Assembly: GCA_000320545.1 (NCBI GenBank)
Contig: ADNK01002054.1
Coordinates: 1-64,000, forward strand
DNA: 64,000 bases
Direction of reading: 5' to 3'
Origin: Bigelowiella natans CCMP2755
Taxonomy: Eukaryota > Protista > Cercozoa
Under the pieces are notes generated by a model. The model was given only the letters and a program-made list of their open reading frames with translations. It did no database searches and was not told where the DNA came from. Every line of letters begins with the position of its first letter. The first letter of the stretch is position 1. The position numbers and the translations under genes were made by a program. Positions 1 to 14,502 of this stretch are shown in pieces.

Positions 1-883
1 CACACACACACACACACACACACATACACACACTCACATACACATGACGGCACAGAAGAAGTTGTGGAAGTAAGGAAGAGATTATCATAAGCGACAATGT
101 AGAGAGGGGGGGGGGGGCAAAAAAGATAATAGGACAACAACGATGGCGTCTTTTTGTTCAGCTTTGCAGACAACCCGACCTGATAGACCTCCAGGGTGAA
201 CCTAGAATGAAGGTAATGCTGCACATTCAAATCTTGCCGGATCGACCTCAGCTGGTCCTTCGCGTACCTACGTTGATCGATGATGGATGATGCAGGAGTG
301 AGAGGGGAGGGGGGGGCGGAGAAAGGGGGGCGAAAAGGGGGGAAAGCAGCTTAGCATCCCTCCACGTGCACATCGTAGTGTTTCTTGGTGCTATTGATTA
401 ACTCGTAATCCTCGTTCGAGATCCACATTCTCTTCACGTTATCCAGGCTCTTCTTCAACACGTGAATCGGCCTATGAAAGTAAAGCATATCACCACACGC
501 AAAAACGCGTGGACATTCTAGTCGCCCTTGAATACTCTGTAGTTAACGTGGAAGAGGATTCATACCGTACGGTGTTTGGATCAGGGGCAGAGGTGAGTCT
601 GAAGTGGCTCTTCTCTATGCTGAGAGAGATAGTTATTGTCACTATTATTATGATTCTTATTTCAAGCATTGCAAGAGGGAGGGCGGAAGTGGTTGGGAAC
701 GTTGGTGGTGGATGGGGGCCTGATGGCAGCATCGAAATATTCTTGGTGGTCATGGTGATGAAGCAAATAGTATTAGCACCGCTACTAGTAGTTAGTTCAA
801 CGGTGCACGACGACGCTCTTGTACCTCATGCATGTTCCCGTAATCGGAGCCTTATCTTTCCAACCTCCTTCGAAGATCGCAGC

Positions 884-926
<43 letters not shown>

Positions 927-1437
927 TGTATATATTTATATAATATATATATATATATATATATGTATACATTTACATATATAAGAAGTTCTCACGTACA
1001 GGATTCATACCTCTCCGAATGGTGAACGTGCTTTCGCCAATTTCTTCCGTTTCCTCGAAGGCGCCGTGGATTTCGGAATCGGGCTGCCCACAACCATATT
1101 CACCATAGAATCGTAAGAGTAGGCACATGCACACTTAAACGCCTATTGGGACGACGATCAACTGCCACGAAATTGGGAATCTTGCCCTTCATTTATGATC
1201 GAATCCCGACACAACCGTGGGTGTGGACACTCCTGCACATAGAATACGTCGTTTGCGAAAGGAATCGATGGCGAAGAAGCACCTGTGTGTTGTAGCGGCT
1301 GACGATAGGACGGCGACAAAGCTAGGAACATCCTCATTGGTCAAGAAACGTTTCTTCCGAAGGTCCAGAGTCTTCTTCGACACGTCGATCCCACCCTTCG
1401 CTTTATTGATCGATCTTGAAGCGGTGGGAAGCACCAT
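1..1437 (-). CDS. SAC3/GANP/THP3 (LENG8-like) PCI-domain protein, multi-exon, 3' part runs off the window start
   Basis: Phase-consistent GT-AG exons give MVLPTAS...LRKKRF... / GWKDKAPITGTCMS / IEKSHFRLTSAPDPNTVR / PIHVLKKSLDNVKRMW..DY / EYAKDQLRSIRQDLNVQH..FTLEVYQ, matching the THP3/LENG8 signature GTC..LEK.YLRLTSAPDP..VRP..VL...DQLKSIRQDL.VQ. Confidence 0.9.
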
Positions 1438-1587
1438 GGGGGGGGGGGGGCGCTGATGTCCGAGCAGCGAGCAACCAGCGCGTCTGGCGATGAAAAGCGT
1501 CAGATATTTGGAGGTGACCTTCCCATCCGAAAATATATGAAATCCATGCCTTTTTTAATAGCGTCAAAATCGAAAAGGGATTTTTCA

Positions 1588-2581
1588 ATGAATTTGCCCT
1601 TCATGAGCATTTCTTTGTGGGTACCCGACGGACTTAATTCAACCAACGGAACGGAGCGCATCGGTTAGGCCATCCCCATCCCCCTAGACCGGGACGAAGG
1701 GAACCACGCCAGCGACGACTACCACGAAAGCAACAAGAACGATAGTCCCTGTGACGACTCTCCTTGTGGTCTCATCGTGCCAATTCCCCAACGGAGGAGC
1801 AGCGGCGGGGCGGGTGCTACAAGACGCCAGCCCCTTCTGCTTCGACGATAAAAGCAACAATAACCTTCATAACGATGCTGAGCGCCTCCTCCACAGCTAC
1901 CGTAACCCCCCCCACGACGAGCATCATCCAGAAAACTTTACGAAACGATTCCCCGCTCTATGCACCCAGTGCGGGCAGAGGTTCAAGCATAAAAGCGTCC
2001 TCAAGCACCACCTGTTCATTCACGATGACCGCAAACCCTACTCGTGCAGACCGTGCGGGGTCAGCTTTCGCCAGCGCGCGACACTGCTGCACCACAACCA
2101 GAGCCGCAAGCACCTCATCAAAATGTTTATGCATTCGCAACAACCTTCTTCAACTTTGATGACCCCAATTAAAATCCGGCTCGCTAGCACTCTCAGGGGA
2201 AGGAGGAGTCATCACGGCACTCGCAACTCTAGTCGCCGCCCCTATGGACTTCATCACCATCTTATTCTCCAAAGACCCACATCTCTGAAAGTGGGTGCGC
2301 TGGCTGTCCGCCCCTTTCGTTGTTCTAACTGCAGCATTTGGATCAGAAGATTGGGCCAGCACCATGACTGCTCGAGCGGTGCGCATTATCGGAACTATCA
2401 GTGCAAAGAGTGTGATAAAGTATTTTCCCACCTCAAATCCCTCAAAGAGCACATCAACTTGCACACCGGAGCGAAACCGTTTCTGTGCAGATATTGTCGC
2501 TCGGTCTTCGGGCTCCAGCCTGCAGCTAGTCGGCACATGAAAACATGTAAGAACCGAACGAAACAGGCTGCGACAGAATAA
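1588..2581 (+). CDS. C2H2 zinc-finger protein
   Basis: ORF 1751-2581 has fingers CTQC..F..L.HHLFIH, CRPC..F..L.HHNQSRKH, CKEC..F..L.EHINLH with a TGAKPF linker, and CRYC. The ORF-track start is GTG. A phase-0 intron at 1621-1687 (gtaccc...ccctag) would join an upstream exon starting at ATG 1456, 1588 or 1603; the true start is uncertain. Confidence 0.85.
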
Positions 2582-3787
2582 CTCACTACTTACGATGCTG
2601 CTGATGTCTCAGACGGACATTGTTAGTGTAAAGAACGAACATAATGAATAGGTCGAAAATTTGACTTCCCCGCCAGGTCATTCTACGCTGCCTTTAACAG
2701 TGTGGGCACTGTCAGGGAAACGATGCTTCGTGTTTATGATGTTATTGGACTGTCTCTGCGTCGCGGACATACATCGATACGCGTATACACGATTAGCCAT
2801 CAGATGGCTGGCAGCAATAATTTATTCAGTTTATGATAGACGTATTAAAAAGAACAATACAGCCCGGCGGTCTGCACACGCAGAATATTGCAGGAAAAGT
2901 ATTGACAGTCGCATGCTGCCATGTCGCCATCGCTTTGGCTGGAAGCGCATCAGGAGACCACTAGATCATTGCGTAACTTGCATCTAGGCACTAGGGCAGT
3001 TTATTATTGTCTCGCATATGTCAATAATGTCACATGCCCGCGCGTACGTGACATGATGCGACACTCGGACGTACTGTCATGCACTTTACTATGCTAGCAT
3101 GGGCACAATGAGCTAAGTCAGCGTGACAACAACAATGATGATGATCCAGCAGCATGCATGCACAACTCCGTCAAACCTGTATGACGAGTGGCATGACCTC
3201 TCAATTGAGAGCAATTTTTGCGTCTTGTTTGTACTGAAATTTCAGCAATTCATTTTGCGTTTTTGTGCTAAAGCACTTCACAATGATATGAAGCTATAGC
3301 TACATGCATGCGCGTGATACAGCTGCAATGAGGTTTGAAATGAAAAACGCCTCAAATTTCCTCGCGCGATCGAGTGAGGTGATACGACGGGCAGAGTGGC
3401 AGTGCGTGCGAATGCATGAAGCTAGCGCATTTCACATTCAATGCAAATGTCCTGGTGGATTGGTTGTTGTCTTCATGCATCTACTATCTGTCGTTACTGA
3501 ACTATGCACCGCGCCACAAGATTTCTTTTTGCGACGATGACACCTTTGTCACTTCGGCATGCAGTGCGAAGAAGTCATTGTCACGCACTTGAGAGCTATC
3601 AATCATTGATGGGCACACTGCAAACGCAGCTACCAAATACACATGCACATGCTACATCGTATGCATAAGGTCAATCATTATATGCATGATAAATTTCAAA
3701 ATTCAGATTGCTGCGACTTTACACAACGATTCTTTCACGCGATTCAATGCTCGTCCACACTTGGTGACCACTAGCACACATGTCTCA

Positions 3788-4059
3788 CTATATCCGCCGC
3801 AGCTTATAGCTCTGAGATCTCTAAGAATTTCGAATCTAATTTTGGGTGATAAGAACGGTCTATACCTTGTTTCTCCACCCCCATGAAGTTCCTGGTTGCG
3901 TGCGTTTGTTTGAATCAAATGCTACCGTCTCCTTTCTGTGAAAAGCAATGGGAAATGCAATGGATATTGTTGGGAAAAGAAAGAGAAGTATTATTATGGC
4001 TTTCAAGATATAATAATGCACATACATTTTCATATTCATGATGAAGATATATGTATGTA

Positions 4060-4129
<70 letters not shown>

Positions 4130-5144
4130 TGTGTTCGCGACTGTTTGGGTGGATTTATTAGTAGGATCATCCCCCACCCTTTTCTCCTTCAATGAGCATC
4201 GTTGTTATCATTTTAAATTTTCAATATGACGATGATCATCATCATCACAACCATTGCCATTACCCAAAAGTCGAAAAGACCGGCAGTGTACTTGACGTTT
4301 TGGGTCCTTCTCCAAGCTTCTCTATCTCAAACAAAGCACTCCAAGCGTACTGCGTCATCACCCAGCACACCAACCATAGTGTACGAGAGAATTTCAATTA
4401 GTTGACAGTAACTGCAGCCACAAAGCAAAAGATTTTTTTTTTCCTTTCAAAGGCGAATATTCTCTCTCACACACACACACCATGTTTAATATACATCAGC
4501 AGGAGACTTGTCGCTGCTCAGAATTATCGTTATTACCTTATCGGCGTGACCAACTTCTTCAACTCGGAATCGGTACATTCCAGGCACCAACGAGGACTTC
4601 AGTCTCTGTGGTAGTAATAGCTACCTCATTTTGTATCACATACAGGCTGGAACTTCACGAATCGTTACCTTCTCACTAGAGGATTTGTTCGTGCTTCTTT
4701 CAAAAACCTGTTGGAACGGCGAGTTGTTTTCATGGCTGTTTCATCACTGAGATCGTCATCATTATGAAGTCCCCCGCTCGCCCCTCTTCCCAGACTACAT
4801 CTACCACACGTCCACGTAGTAGTATGAACCTGTACGACTGTCTTCGCACGCCAAAGTGTCACTTTCACCTTTTTCACGAATGGGGTTTTTGCCCTGAGAG
4901 GGGGGGGGAAGATCGACAGAAAGACAGGGAGAGAGGGAGGGGAAGAGGGAGGGAGGGAAGGGGAAGAAGAAATATATGAAGGCCTGTATACTACCATGAC
5001 AGTCTTCAAAAGTACCACTCCACTAGTATTTTCCGGCCTGGCTTGCTCCAGCTTCCCTTCTTCGGAGACACAACCTGAGAAGACAAACAATGTAATGCAA
5101 TGTGAGTGTGTGAAAAGTAGCAAAGCTTGCATGCCAACCCCCTG

Positions 5145-5176
<32 letters not shown>

Positions 5177-6720
5177 CGGTTAAAGGTGAACAAATGAGGG
5201 GAAACCTACTTTGATGCAGCTCTTTGAAGACCACGAGTATTGTGGCTCTTGGATCTAACCCCAGTGATAAAGCGAAAAATCGTAAGCGAAAATTCAGATT
5301 TATGCGCAAAGAAAAACTCACACCTATCTTCATCCATCACGCTGTTCACAACAACAACAACAACAACTACTACTACTACTACTGCTACTACCCGTTTGGT
5401 GCTCTTCCTGAAGGCCTCCTGATCTCGATAGCGTCCTGGTCCCAATACTTAATGCAACGGCAAGCAACAGAAGGGATTATATAACGTCTGACAACCGAAT
5501 TCCAATCTCGAAACAATGAGAGCGCGCCTGAATTAGCGTACCTCTCTTCTTGTCTGTATTGCCGCACTCGGCGAAAATCGACGTCCGGGATTTCTAATTT
5601 TTCAAGAGATATCATGAGACTTTAGTTGTATCATGGCCAGCGTCTATACTTGTGCTTAAAGTGTGACTTACATAATGGGGATCGGAGCGAAAGCTTGCGA
5701 AATCTGGGAAGTACCTCGGTCCGTGCACCTGAAAGCAGCAGAGAGAGGGGGGCGGGGGAAGAACAGGCATGGGATAAAGGCGCTGGATCTGTCTACTTCC
5801 TTCGGCATCCATAACGTATTTGTGATGAGAGAAAAGATAATGGTACGTGTAAAGATAGCAGTTTCGTATTGTTGTCGTCATATTATTCTTGCGACAGGAT
5901 GAGCAGGGTGTGAGAATGAAGGGAAAATGCCGTACATATTCACGTCCTGTCTTGGTCTCAGCTTCGCCGCACACGTTGTATTTTGGACCTGGGACTACAG
6001 TGTTCTTCTTCTGCGATTTAGTGTAGTGGACACGGATATAGTATACATTCAACATTCACGTGATCGTTTTGTGAATGAGAGAGAGAGAAAGAGGGGGGGG
6101 GAGGGAGAGAGAGAGAGAGAGTGAGAGAGAGAGAGGAGATTGAGAGGGAGAAATGAAGTATTTCCTATTTAAACATACAAGGTATGGTCTTCGTTCAAAC
6201 AGAGAAAACTGTGGAGCTGATCGGTTGAGCGATGAATTCATCCTATCAAAGCCGGTATATGAAAACCTAATAGACAGCGTCATCATCACCATCGTTCTTC
6301 GTGATATTTTTCGTCCAGACGATGACAATGTCATCCAATTTTGGGGCTTTCATATAAAGAAGGGAGAGGGGAATATTTTTCATACCTGCACGGAGGAGGA
6401 TTGAAGGTGGAGAATGAACTTGATGGACGAGCATATTTGGAGGGGTGTATTCTCAGGTCTGAGCTGTCGCGACGATTCTGTCGAAATAAGAACAACATGA
6501 GATCTTGCGCTATTGCTCTAGCAATTTTGACACAGATAACATCTTCACCAAATTTCTAATCTTAAAAAGAATGTTCACCCTATAATTTCTAAGCAAATTC
6601 CATTTCAACTATTACGGGAGTGAAGCAATTGCGAAAGTTGGGCAGGGTTCCAGTTGACTTAGACAGCGAAGGGAGGGACTTCGGACGACGCGGCCGGTTC
6701 GATGCCGCTGACAATGTCAT
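3788..6720 (-). CDS. STPG/SHIPPO-1(ODF3)-like PG-rich repeat protein, probably flagellar; many small exons
   Basis: Minus-strand exons with canonical donors (gtatga, gtatgt, gtaagt, gtaata) encode SAPQFSLFERR, VVPGPKYNV, HGPRYFP, LGPGRYR and LVPGMYR, i.e. repeated PGP-x-Y-like motifs and an AP.FS...R motif. Both ends are approximate. Confidence 0.55.
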
Positions 6721-7539
6721 TGTTGATCCTCCAAGCCCAGCGTCGCCTTCCAGTAATTACGTAGAAAAGGCTCGCGATCGTTCTCTGGGTCTCCCTTCAC
6801 CCCTGTTCAGATAAGATTGCTGTTTGTATAGCACGAGCCGAATGCCGCTTCGGATGTGTGTGTAAGATGAGCGTTTTCCTCCTTCGACAATCTAATTTCA
6901 CATGCTTTATAAAAAAACGGCCTGTGGCTGCGAACAGTTGAGAAACGACGGCAAAGAATTGCATTGTTCGTCGGTATAGATGTGTAGATCTACATGTAGA
7001 GTCAAGATCAAGATCTGGTCGATCAGTTTCTCTTGGCAGATCCACGAGCGATTAGTACAATTCGGTTCTTCAATTGCCATTTCTTTTTGGAAGATTTTAT
7101 TAGTGGATCTAGATTTATTAAATTCCGACACTACCTGATTACCGTGAATATCAGCAGGAAAATCGGCAGAAAATCGGCAGAGTCTGCCACTCTGCCGCAC
7201 TCAGAGAATGAATGTAGGACTCAGCTGGGCAGTCGACCACTCTGGATGATTTCCTTGATAATTTCCCTAAAATAAGCCGAAGATTGAATCCCCGGTTTTC
7301 TCACCCACTCCCTGCCCCTCCTCTTCGATGCCTCACCGGCAACGGATATGATGATGATGAGGATGATGATGATCACAGAATAACAGAGAGGAGGAGGAGG
7401 AGGGAAAGAGACATCACTTCCCTGATAAACTTCGACAGAAAAAGAGTTGAGCTTTACAGTAACGCATATCTTGGGGATGAGGGGGGGTCGAAGGTCGATC
7501 CTTCCAAATGTGAGAAGGCCGTAGAGGCACTCACAGCGC

Positions 7540-8799
7540 ATGGGGAGAACACTTTGCAGTAGATCCCATGGTGAAGTAGCTCCAGCTATCTCAGCAGTTG
7601 CTACAACAGTAGTTCTTGCCTATCTGCTTCAACTTCACCTCAGGATTCCGTTCCGGTCCCTCAATGCTCCCCAACTAAAGACGTCAATGCCTCCTTCTCC
7701 TCCTCCTCCTCCTCCGCAGCAGCAGCAATCTGAACAACCTTATTCACGCCAATCCGCTGAAGGACAGTACCAGCAACTAACGAAGAAAAATGGGGCGACT
7801 TCATATCACAATTCTAACAATCCATATGGTCATCCTCATCAACGACAGCAAACTAGAAATAAGCACCGCCCTTCATCACTGGCTCTCCATCATCATCATC
7901 ATCACCATCGCGGGACTGACGGAAGTAGTGGTGGCGAAAGAAGCAACCACCACTATGTGCAGACAGCTTGGGAACGCGTCAAACGCGGGGAGATTCTCGA
8001 GGATGAAGATTCGGACGAGGAGGAGGGGGATGAAAAAATCGATAATCGGGATGAGGACTATGATGACAACATCAGCTTTCGGAAAGGTTTAAGAAAACTG
8101 TACCTGTGTGTGTATGTGTGTGTATATAGGTGTGTGTTTGTATGTATTTCTAGTCTTAATTAATGAGGAAGCAAATCTCTCACAATTACGTTGAGGTATG
8201 TGAGATTCATGTTGCGTATTCTCGTGTATATATTTTCGCCCTCAGCATCGTTTATGGTGGGAGACCCCAACAATGAAGGAGATACAGTAATCGGTGCGGC
8301 ATCGATGCCTCATCAGAGACGACGAGTAGCGAAGAAAAGACGACAACGACGAGTAAGGATTCGGGACGTGTGGAGCGTCCCAGGTCACGTATTTGTAACG
8401 ACTATTGCAGGAAATATGATCGCTTTAAACCCATCGATGTCCCAAGAGGAGCAGCAGCAGCAGCAGCATAACAGTGACAATATCGTTGCGAACTCCGCAG
8501 CTTTCAATGATAGCATTCACAATGGCGATCCGCCTCCTCCTTCTCCTTCTCACGCTCAACACAGCAGTAGCCGCATCCCGAATATCGCTCTTCACTACCC
8601 GTGAGTAGTAGTCACAAGCAAACGATAAATTGATAGTGTCTGCCATCCTCCCATCACCATTCCAATCGCCTCTATTGTGACCCCCCTTTTCTTATTTCAC
8701 ATCTCATCAACAGTTGCGGCATTGCTTCCTGCTCAGAGGGCCTGATAATCGCAGACACGTACCATCACCAGATCAAGGTACTACTCTAAAACAACAACA

Positions 8800-8830
<31 letters not shown>

Positions 8831-9321
8831 TTTTCCTGATGCAATCACTAGCAGCAGGATGAATTGTTTCGGCAGCCTGTTTTTCACCTCCGCATCATCA
8901 TGAATTTTCCCTCTCCCCGTTGTGTTGCGCGTAGGCCGTCGATTTCAGAGATAAAAACAGAATTAAAGTCCTCGCAGGATGCGGGCATGCCGGGTTGGAC
9001 GAAGAATGCACCCACCCGTGGAGACAGACACACAGAGAGATTATCACCTTGAGAACGACGATTTAGCCACGGCCATAAGCAAGCTTTCTGTTACTGCCTT
9101 CTCAAGATCTTTTGTAATCTGTAAATGCCTACTTTCTTGGTCCGCCCCCCCCCCCCCCCCCTTCTCATTCGCCTTCTGAACAGGTACCTTTGATGGACCC
9201 GCAGAGAGCGCGCGTTTTCGGGAGCCTTCCGCTGTTGTTGTAACCAAAGACTATAGAATCTTCATCGCGGATAGAGGTCTGATTCTGCACACACATACAC
9301 ACACGTATATATGTGTGTGTA

Positions 9322-9388
<67 letters not shown>

Positions 9389-9794
9389 ATATACCTATTA
9401 TATATGAGTGCACGCGCGCGCGCGTGTTTGTGTGTGTGTGTGTTAGTGGTATTACTTAACGGTCAAAGTGTGAAGCAACCTCGCAGTACAACATTGCTCC
9501 CATAAATGACCCCTACCACCCTCCCCTCCTCCCCCACCCCTCGGAAAAAAATCGTCGCATCATCATAGGTAATGGAGTGATCCGGGAACTGATGCCAGAT
9601 TCTCGTGTGAGAACGGTTGCTGGTTGCAATAGACACGACATGAGGCAGCAGCAGAAACGTCTTTCTAAGCAATGTGACGACGATGATCGGAGCAAGGAAT
9701 ACTCTACCAAAAGCAAACTTCCCACTTTGGGGCCAGAATGGCCACCTGCGCCATTAGCGGCCTCCTACGTGGATGGAGAGGGTGGGTGGTAGTT

Positions 9795-9826
<32 letters not shown>

Positions 9827-9845
9827 TGTAGGATATAATTGTAGG

Positions 9846-9887
<42 letters not shown>

Positions 9888-10405
9888 GGGGGAAAGATGT
9901 AGCAGTATGAATATTTAGAAAGGACAGTGAAACAATCTTATGTCCTCCTAACCGCCCTTTTCCCCCTCCTCCTCCCTCTCCTCCCTATCTTTTCCATCCT
10001 CTAAAGGGTCCAAAGCGACTTTTGGATCCATCGAAGCGGTGAGCAATTTCAATAGCTGTAGACGCATATTTTCTCTCTCCTCCTCCTTCTACTCCTTCTC
10101 CTTCTCCTTCTCCTCCTCCTTCTTCTTCTCTTCCCCCTCCTCCTCTATTTTGTAAGTCTCTCTAATCTTCTCTATACCACCCAGATGACGATTAGTCGCG
10201 ATGAGGGAAAAATCTACATTGCAGACGCCAAAGCTAGGGTTGGAACCTATAACCCCCCCCACCTCCTCCCCCTCTTCCTTCTCCCTCCACTCTCCCCTTT
10301 TTAATTATCTTCTCTCTGTCTTTCTTCCCCCACAAGGTGATTCGGAGAATGGTCATATCCGACACGAGCTTCACGGTACTACATGCACATTATACATGTA
10401 TATAT

Positions 10406-10436
<31 letters not shown>

Positions 10437-11583
10437 CTATATTGATCAGTACACCACAGCGTAAAATAGTTTGTTTTGCCCTAACCATATGGTGAGCAAA
10501 TGACGATGAAATAAACCGGGAGATTCCTTCCTGAAAAAGGCAAACAATGATTGAGTACCTCTCTGGGTGCGTTTGTGCAAGTGATATTGCCAACGCACTT
10601 CCTTAACGGTGTTGCCGCGCCATGTAATATGCTGCCGACGGTGTGCGTTAAAGCCCTCTATTTGTGTGTGGGGAAGGTTACAACTGTCGTTGGTGGAAAT
10701 CACGGAGCAGCTCCCACTGTAAATGAGCGAACAAGGGGAAAGGGGGTTAGGGGGGAGATGAAGGGAAAAAATAAATAAATTAAAGGGAAGAAAGAAAGGT
10801 GAAGAGTCGTGTATCAGAGAAGAAAGAAGCGATTTGTCCACTCATTTTCCATGTTGATGGCACTGCTCTCGTAGTCTTTCTCCAGGGCTCTGCAGTGATA
10901 GCACGCTACCCCCCCCTCCCCCCTTCGACTACTCTACCCCCCCCCCCTCACAGTCTTGGAACGACACGACTGACGGCTGCTCAAGGCCATACTTCATGTA
11001 ATAATATATCGATAATGACCACGTGCTGAGTCGTTGCTGGGCTTTACGATGAGATGTTACGAAATGAAGCATGATGATGATGATGATGATGATGATGATG
11101 CTGAAGAACGATGTTGATGAGGAGGGAAGAGAGGGATGATAGCAGCCATTCATCGTATTATTTCCTTTGCTTTTCTCCAAATAAATGTCTGATGATGATT
11201 ATGTCACTCTTCTCTTCAGTCACCCTTCGAGTATTGCACAGGGGCCTGACGGATATCTCTATGTACTCATTCTCCCCATCCCCCCCCCCCCCATTTCCCG
11301 CAGCCCCCGCCCTCATCACTGCTCTCCTTACTGCATATATAGAGGAAGCTATCCTCTAACCTCCTTCCTTCCTACTTCAGGTTGGGAGCCATAACGGAGA
11401 GTACAATATCAGAAGGATTGATCCCCTCACTAAGGAATAAGATGATGATGATGGTGATGATGTTGGCGGTGATGGTGGTGATGGTGATGATGGTGGTAGT
11501 GATGATGACGACTCCTCTCCGACTTTACATCTTTCCACCTTTCATATTTAGTGGCATATGTGTGAGTGTGAGTGTGAGTGTGC

Positions 11584-11622
<39 letters not shown>

Positions 11623-11788
11623 CGCGTGCGAATACGGTTTGAGCATCGTGTTGTGTGGTGCGGCTAAAGGTGATCAGCTTTGCAGGTTCAAGGGATGAAG
11701 AAGGTATGGTGAGAAGGAGGAGGAGGAGGAGTAGGAGAACATTTTCACACGATATTGCCTCCTATGCACGTTACATGTACACACGCAC

Positions 11789-11855
<67 letters not shown>

Positions 11856-11947
11856 TTTATATATATGTATTTATCGAGTGGTATTCATTCATATTTGTTC
11901 CTATATTTGTGCGTGTGGATGTGCACGTATGTGTGTGATAACTGCTG

Positions 11948-12017
<70 letters not shown>

Positions 12018-12107
12018 GGCGATAGGGATGGAGCGTTCTCCAAAGCAAGATTCAAGAGTGCCATGGTAGGTGTCATTTTTCGGTGCTGCTACTGCAGTAG
12101 TCAGTAA

Positions 12108-12140
<33 letters not shown>

Positions 12141-12794
12141 CATTATTAGTAGTAGCATTATTAGTAGTATAAGTATTAGATCAGGAGCCAGCAGCAATAG
12201 CAGCACTAGCAGCACTAGCACAATCTCTCGCCGAAAAGCATCCAGGAGAACAGCCAATTAGGACTTTGCTTGTTGCGAGTACCTGATGACACCATTGTAA
12301 AGACGTCGATCAAGGACAGCATGTAATGAATACATGAGTGCGCCAAATAATAACACACAGGGCCTCAGCTTTGACGAAGGCGGAGATCTATTCGTCGCAG
12401 ACGTCCGGGCATTCAAAATACGTCGCATATCAGCCCGCACCGGTACGTGTAGTCAGTGGCGGAATAAGAGGCAGGGGAGGGGAGGGGAAGTTTTAAGATG
12501 TGGTGTGAAATAAGGAAAGGGGGGCCACAATAGAGGCGATGGGAATGATGATGGGAGGATGGCAGACACTATCAATTTATCGTTTGCTTGTGACTACTAC
12601 TCACGGAGAGGGGCTAGGCTAGTTGCGGGAATATTTTCGAGAGTGTTTGAGGCAGTAACCACACGCATAAACAGTATGTATGCTATCTTATCTTATATGC
12701 GTCTGTCGTCGCAGCAGGGAGTTGCTTCTTGATTTCTGTTTGATCATTCGTTGTATTCATTGTTAAGCACATACATACATAATGTTTAGCATAT

Positions 12795-12833
<39 letters not shown>

Positions 12834-12857
12834 GTATATATTATAGCACATCACACG

Positions 12858-12890
<33 letters not shown>

Positions 12891-13350
12891 TCGCTCGCTG
12901 ACTATGCTCTACTCTCTGTTTCTACTCTGCCGCAAGGGAGGTCACGACTGTCGCGGGGTCAGGGCATCTTGGATTTATGGATGGTGAAGATCTCTATCAC
13001 CACCCACCACCACCACCACCACCACCACCATCGTCATCATCATTATCATGATCATCAGATCTAGACCGACACATTTCCTCGATGTTTCAGGGTGCTCGAG
13101 AGACGCGTCGTTTGCTGCCCCCCTTGCCGTCGCAGCGTCTTTCCCATGGAATAAGTTTCAGTATCGAATCTTCGTTCTCGATGCTCTCGCAGGCACTGTT
13201 CGGAGATTGGTCAGAGCTAGCAACATAGGAGGAGGAAGAGAGGGGGGGGGAGGGGGGCGTCAGATCATGTGCATTGATAGTTTATATTGTACATAGCTCT
13301 CGTGTCACAATCAGTGCCATTGCCCGCCCGTTGCTGATTTAAATATATCC

Positions 13351-13426
<76 letters not shown>

Positions 13427-13536
13427 GTACATATTTGTATATTCCTTATCAGGAAGTAAGCCGAAGACTTCGCGAGAGGGCCAGGGAGCGTGACTTGTAC
13501 TACTGCACCATCGTCATCACCATCATCCCCATCATT

Positions 13537-13568
<32 letters not shown>

Positions 13569-13960
13569 TGTTATCGTTATCATCGGAAGAGACAACAACG
13601 TCCACCATCTGTATCTTGTCTTTCAACTTCAGCGTCACCATCGTCGTGAGCGCACCCACCCGCTGGGGGAGGGGGCATGAAGCCTCTTGATCTCTCGATG
13701 GCATTTGATATACATTTTGTCTTTGACAGCTTTAGGGAGATGAGAGCAATGGAGAAGCTCGATTCTGAGGCGGCGGTAGTACAGCAAAAGCTGCAGCTTC
13801 TTCTCTTGCCACCATTCCACACAGCATCATGTTGTCTCACCATACGAGCACTCAAATCGATGCCCACTGCTAGGATGATATTCGAGCTCGGATAATGGAC
13901 ATCGACGACAGCTTCGGGGATGCATTTGCAAGGTGCCACCAGCCCCATCCACGACTCTAA
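7540..13960 (+). CDS. NHL-repeat (beta-propeller) protein with low-complexity N-terminus
   Basis: Exons encode VTTIAG, LHYPCGIA..GLIIADTYHHQIK, DGPAESARFREPSAVVVTKDYRIFIADR, VRTVAG, FDEGGDLFVADVRAFKIRRIS, EVTTVAGSGHLGFMDG and ASFAAPLAVA..IFVLDA..VRRL. Probable stop TAA at 13958-13960. Confidence 0.85.
8599..8708 (+). repeat. Inverted repeat arm 1 (covers almost all of the intron at 8601-8713)
   Basis: Reverse complement of 12497-12606; ungapped, 104/110 identical by manual alignment, first 58 nt perfect. Confidence 0.95.
12497..12606 (-). repeat. Inverted repeat arm 2 (antisense intron copy inside a downstream intron at ~12443-12936)
   Basis: Reverse complement of 8599-8708. Confidence 0.95.
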
Positions 13961-14502
13961 TGAAGGGCGCTATTTTCTTGACGAAAAATCATGCGAGGGT
14001 CGCCATGTTATGCATGATTATACATACATGCGTGCTCACATCACAGACTGCGGCAGAGGCAATCGCGGTTGCTTGACTCCTCTGGAGGCAGTGATGACAA
14101 TTTAATGGGAAGGTGCACGTGCAATAGCGAGCTGTTAATTCTGTAGTGTATCACTTCAGAGCCATCGTATATTACAAAATCCACGCTTATCAGACTAAAG
14201 TTATTCATTCCCCGGTCCTTTGTGCTTGTCGTATGTGTATGCACAACACAGGCAGTACGGGTATGCTCCTCATGACAACGGCTGACCTCAATGTTGCGAT
14301 TGCATCGTTCCGAAAATTGCAGAGTGAGGTAGCCTGCGCTACTATCTGCGGGCCGGACCGCGTGTAATTGTTGCGATCGCTTATATATTCCGATCCGATA
14401 GTAGCGGTGTGCTGAGCAAACGCCATCATCGCACACCATATAACCATACGCAGCCTGCAGTGTCATGTGCGCATGCACACTAGCACAGCATGATGCCGCT
14501 AG

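Noticed and set aside
4200-6800. Plus-strand gene suggested by short ORFs
   Set aside because: Splice signals and repeated PGP-x-Y motifs are coherent only on the minus strand.
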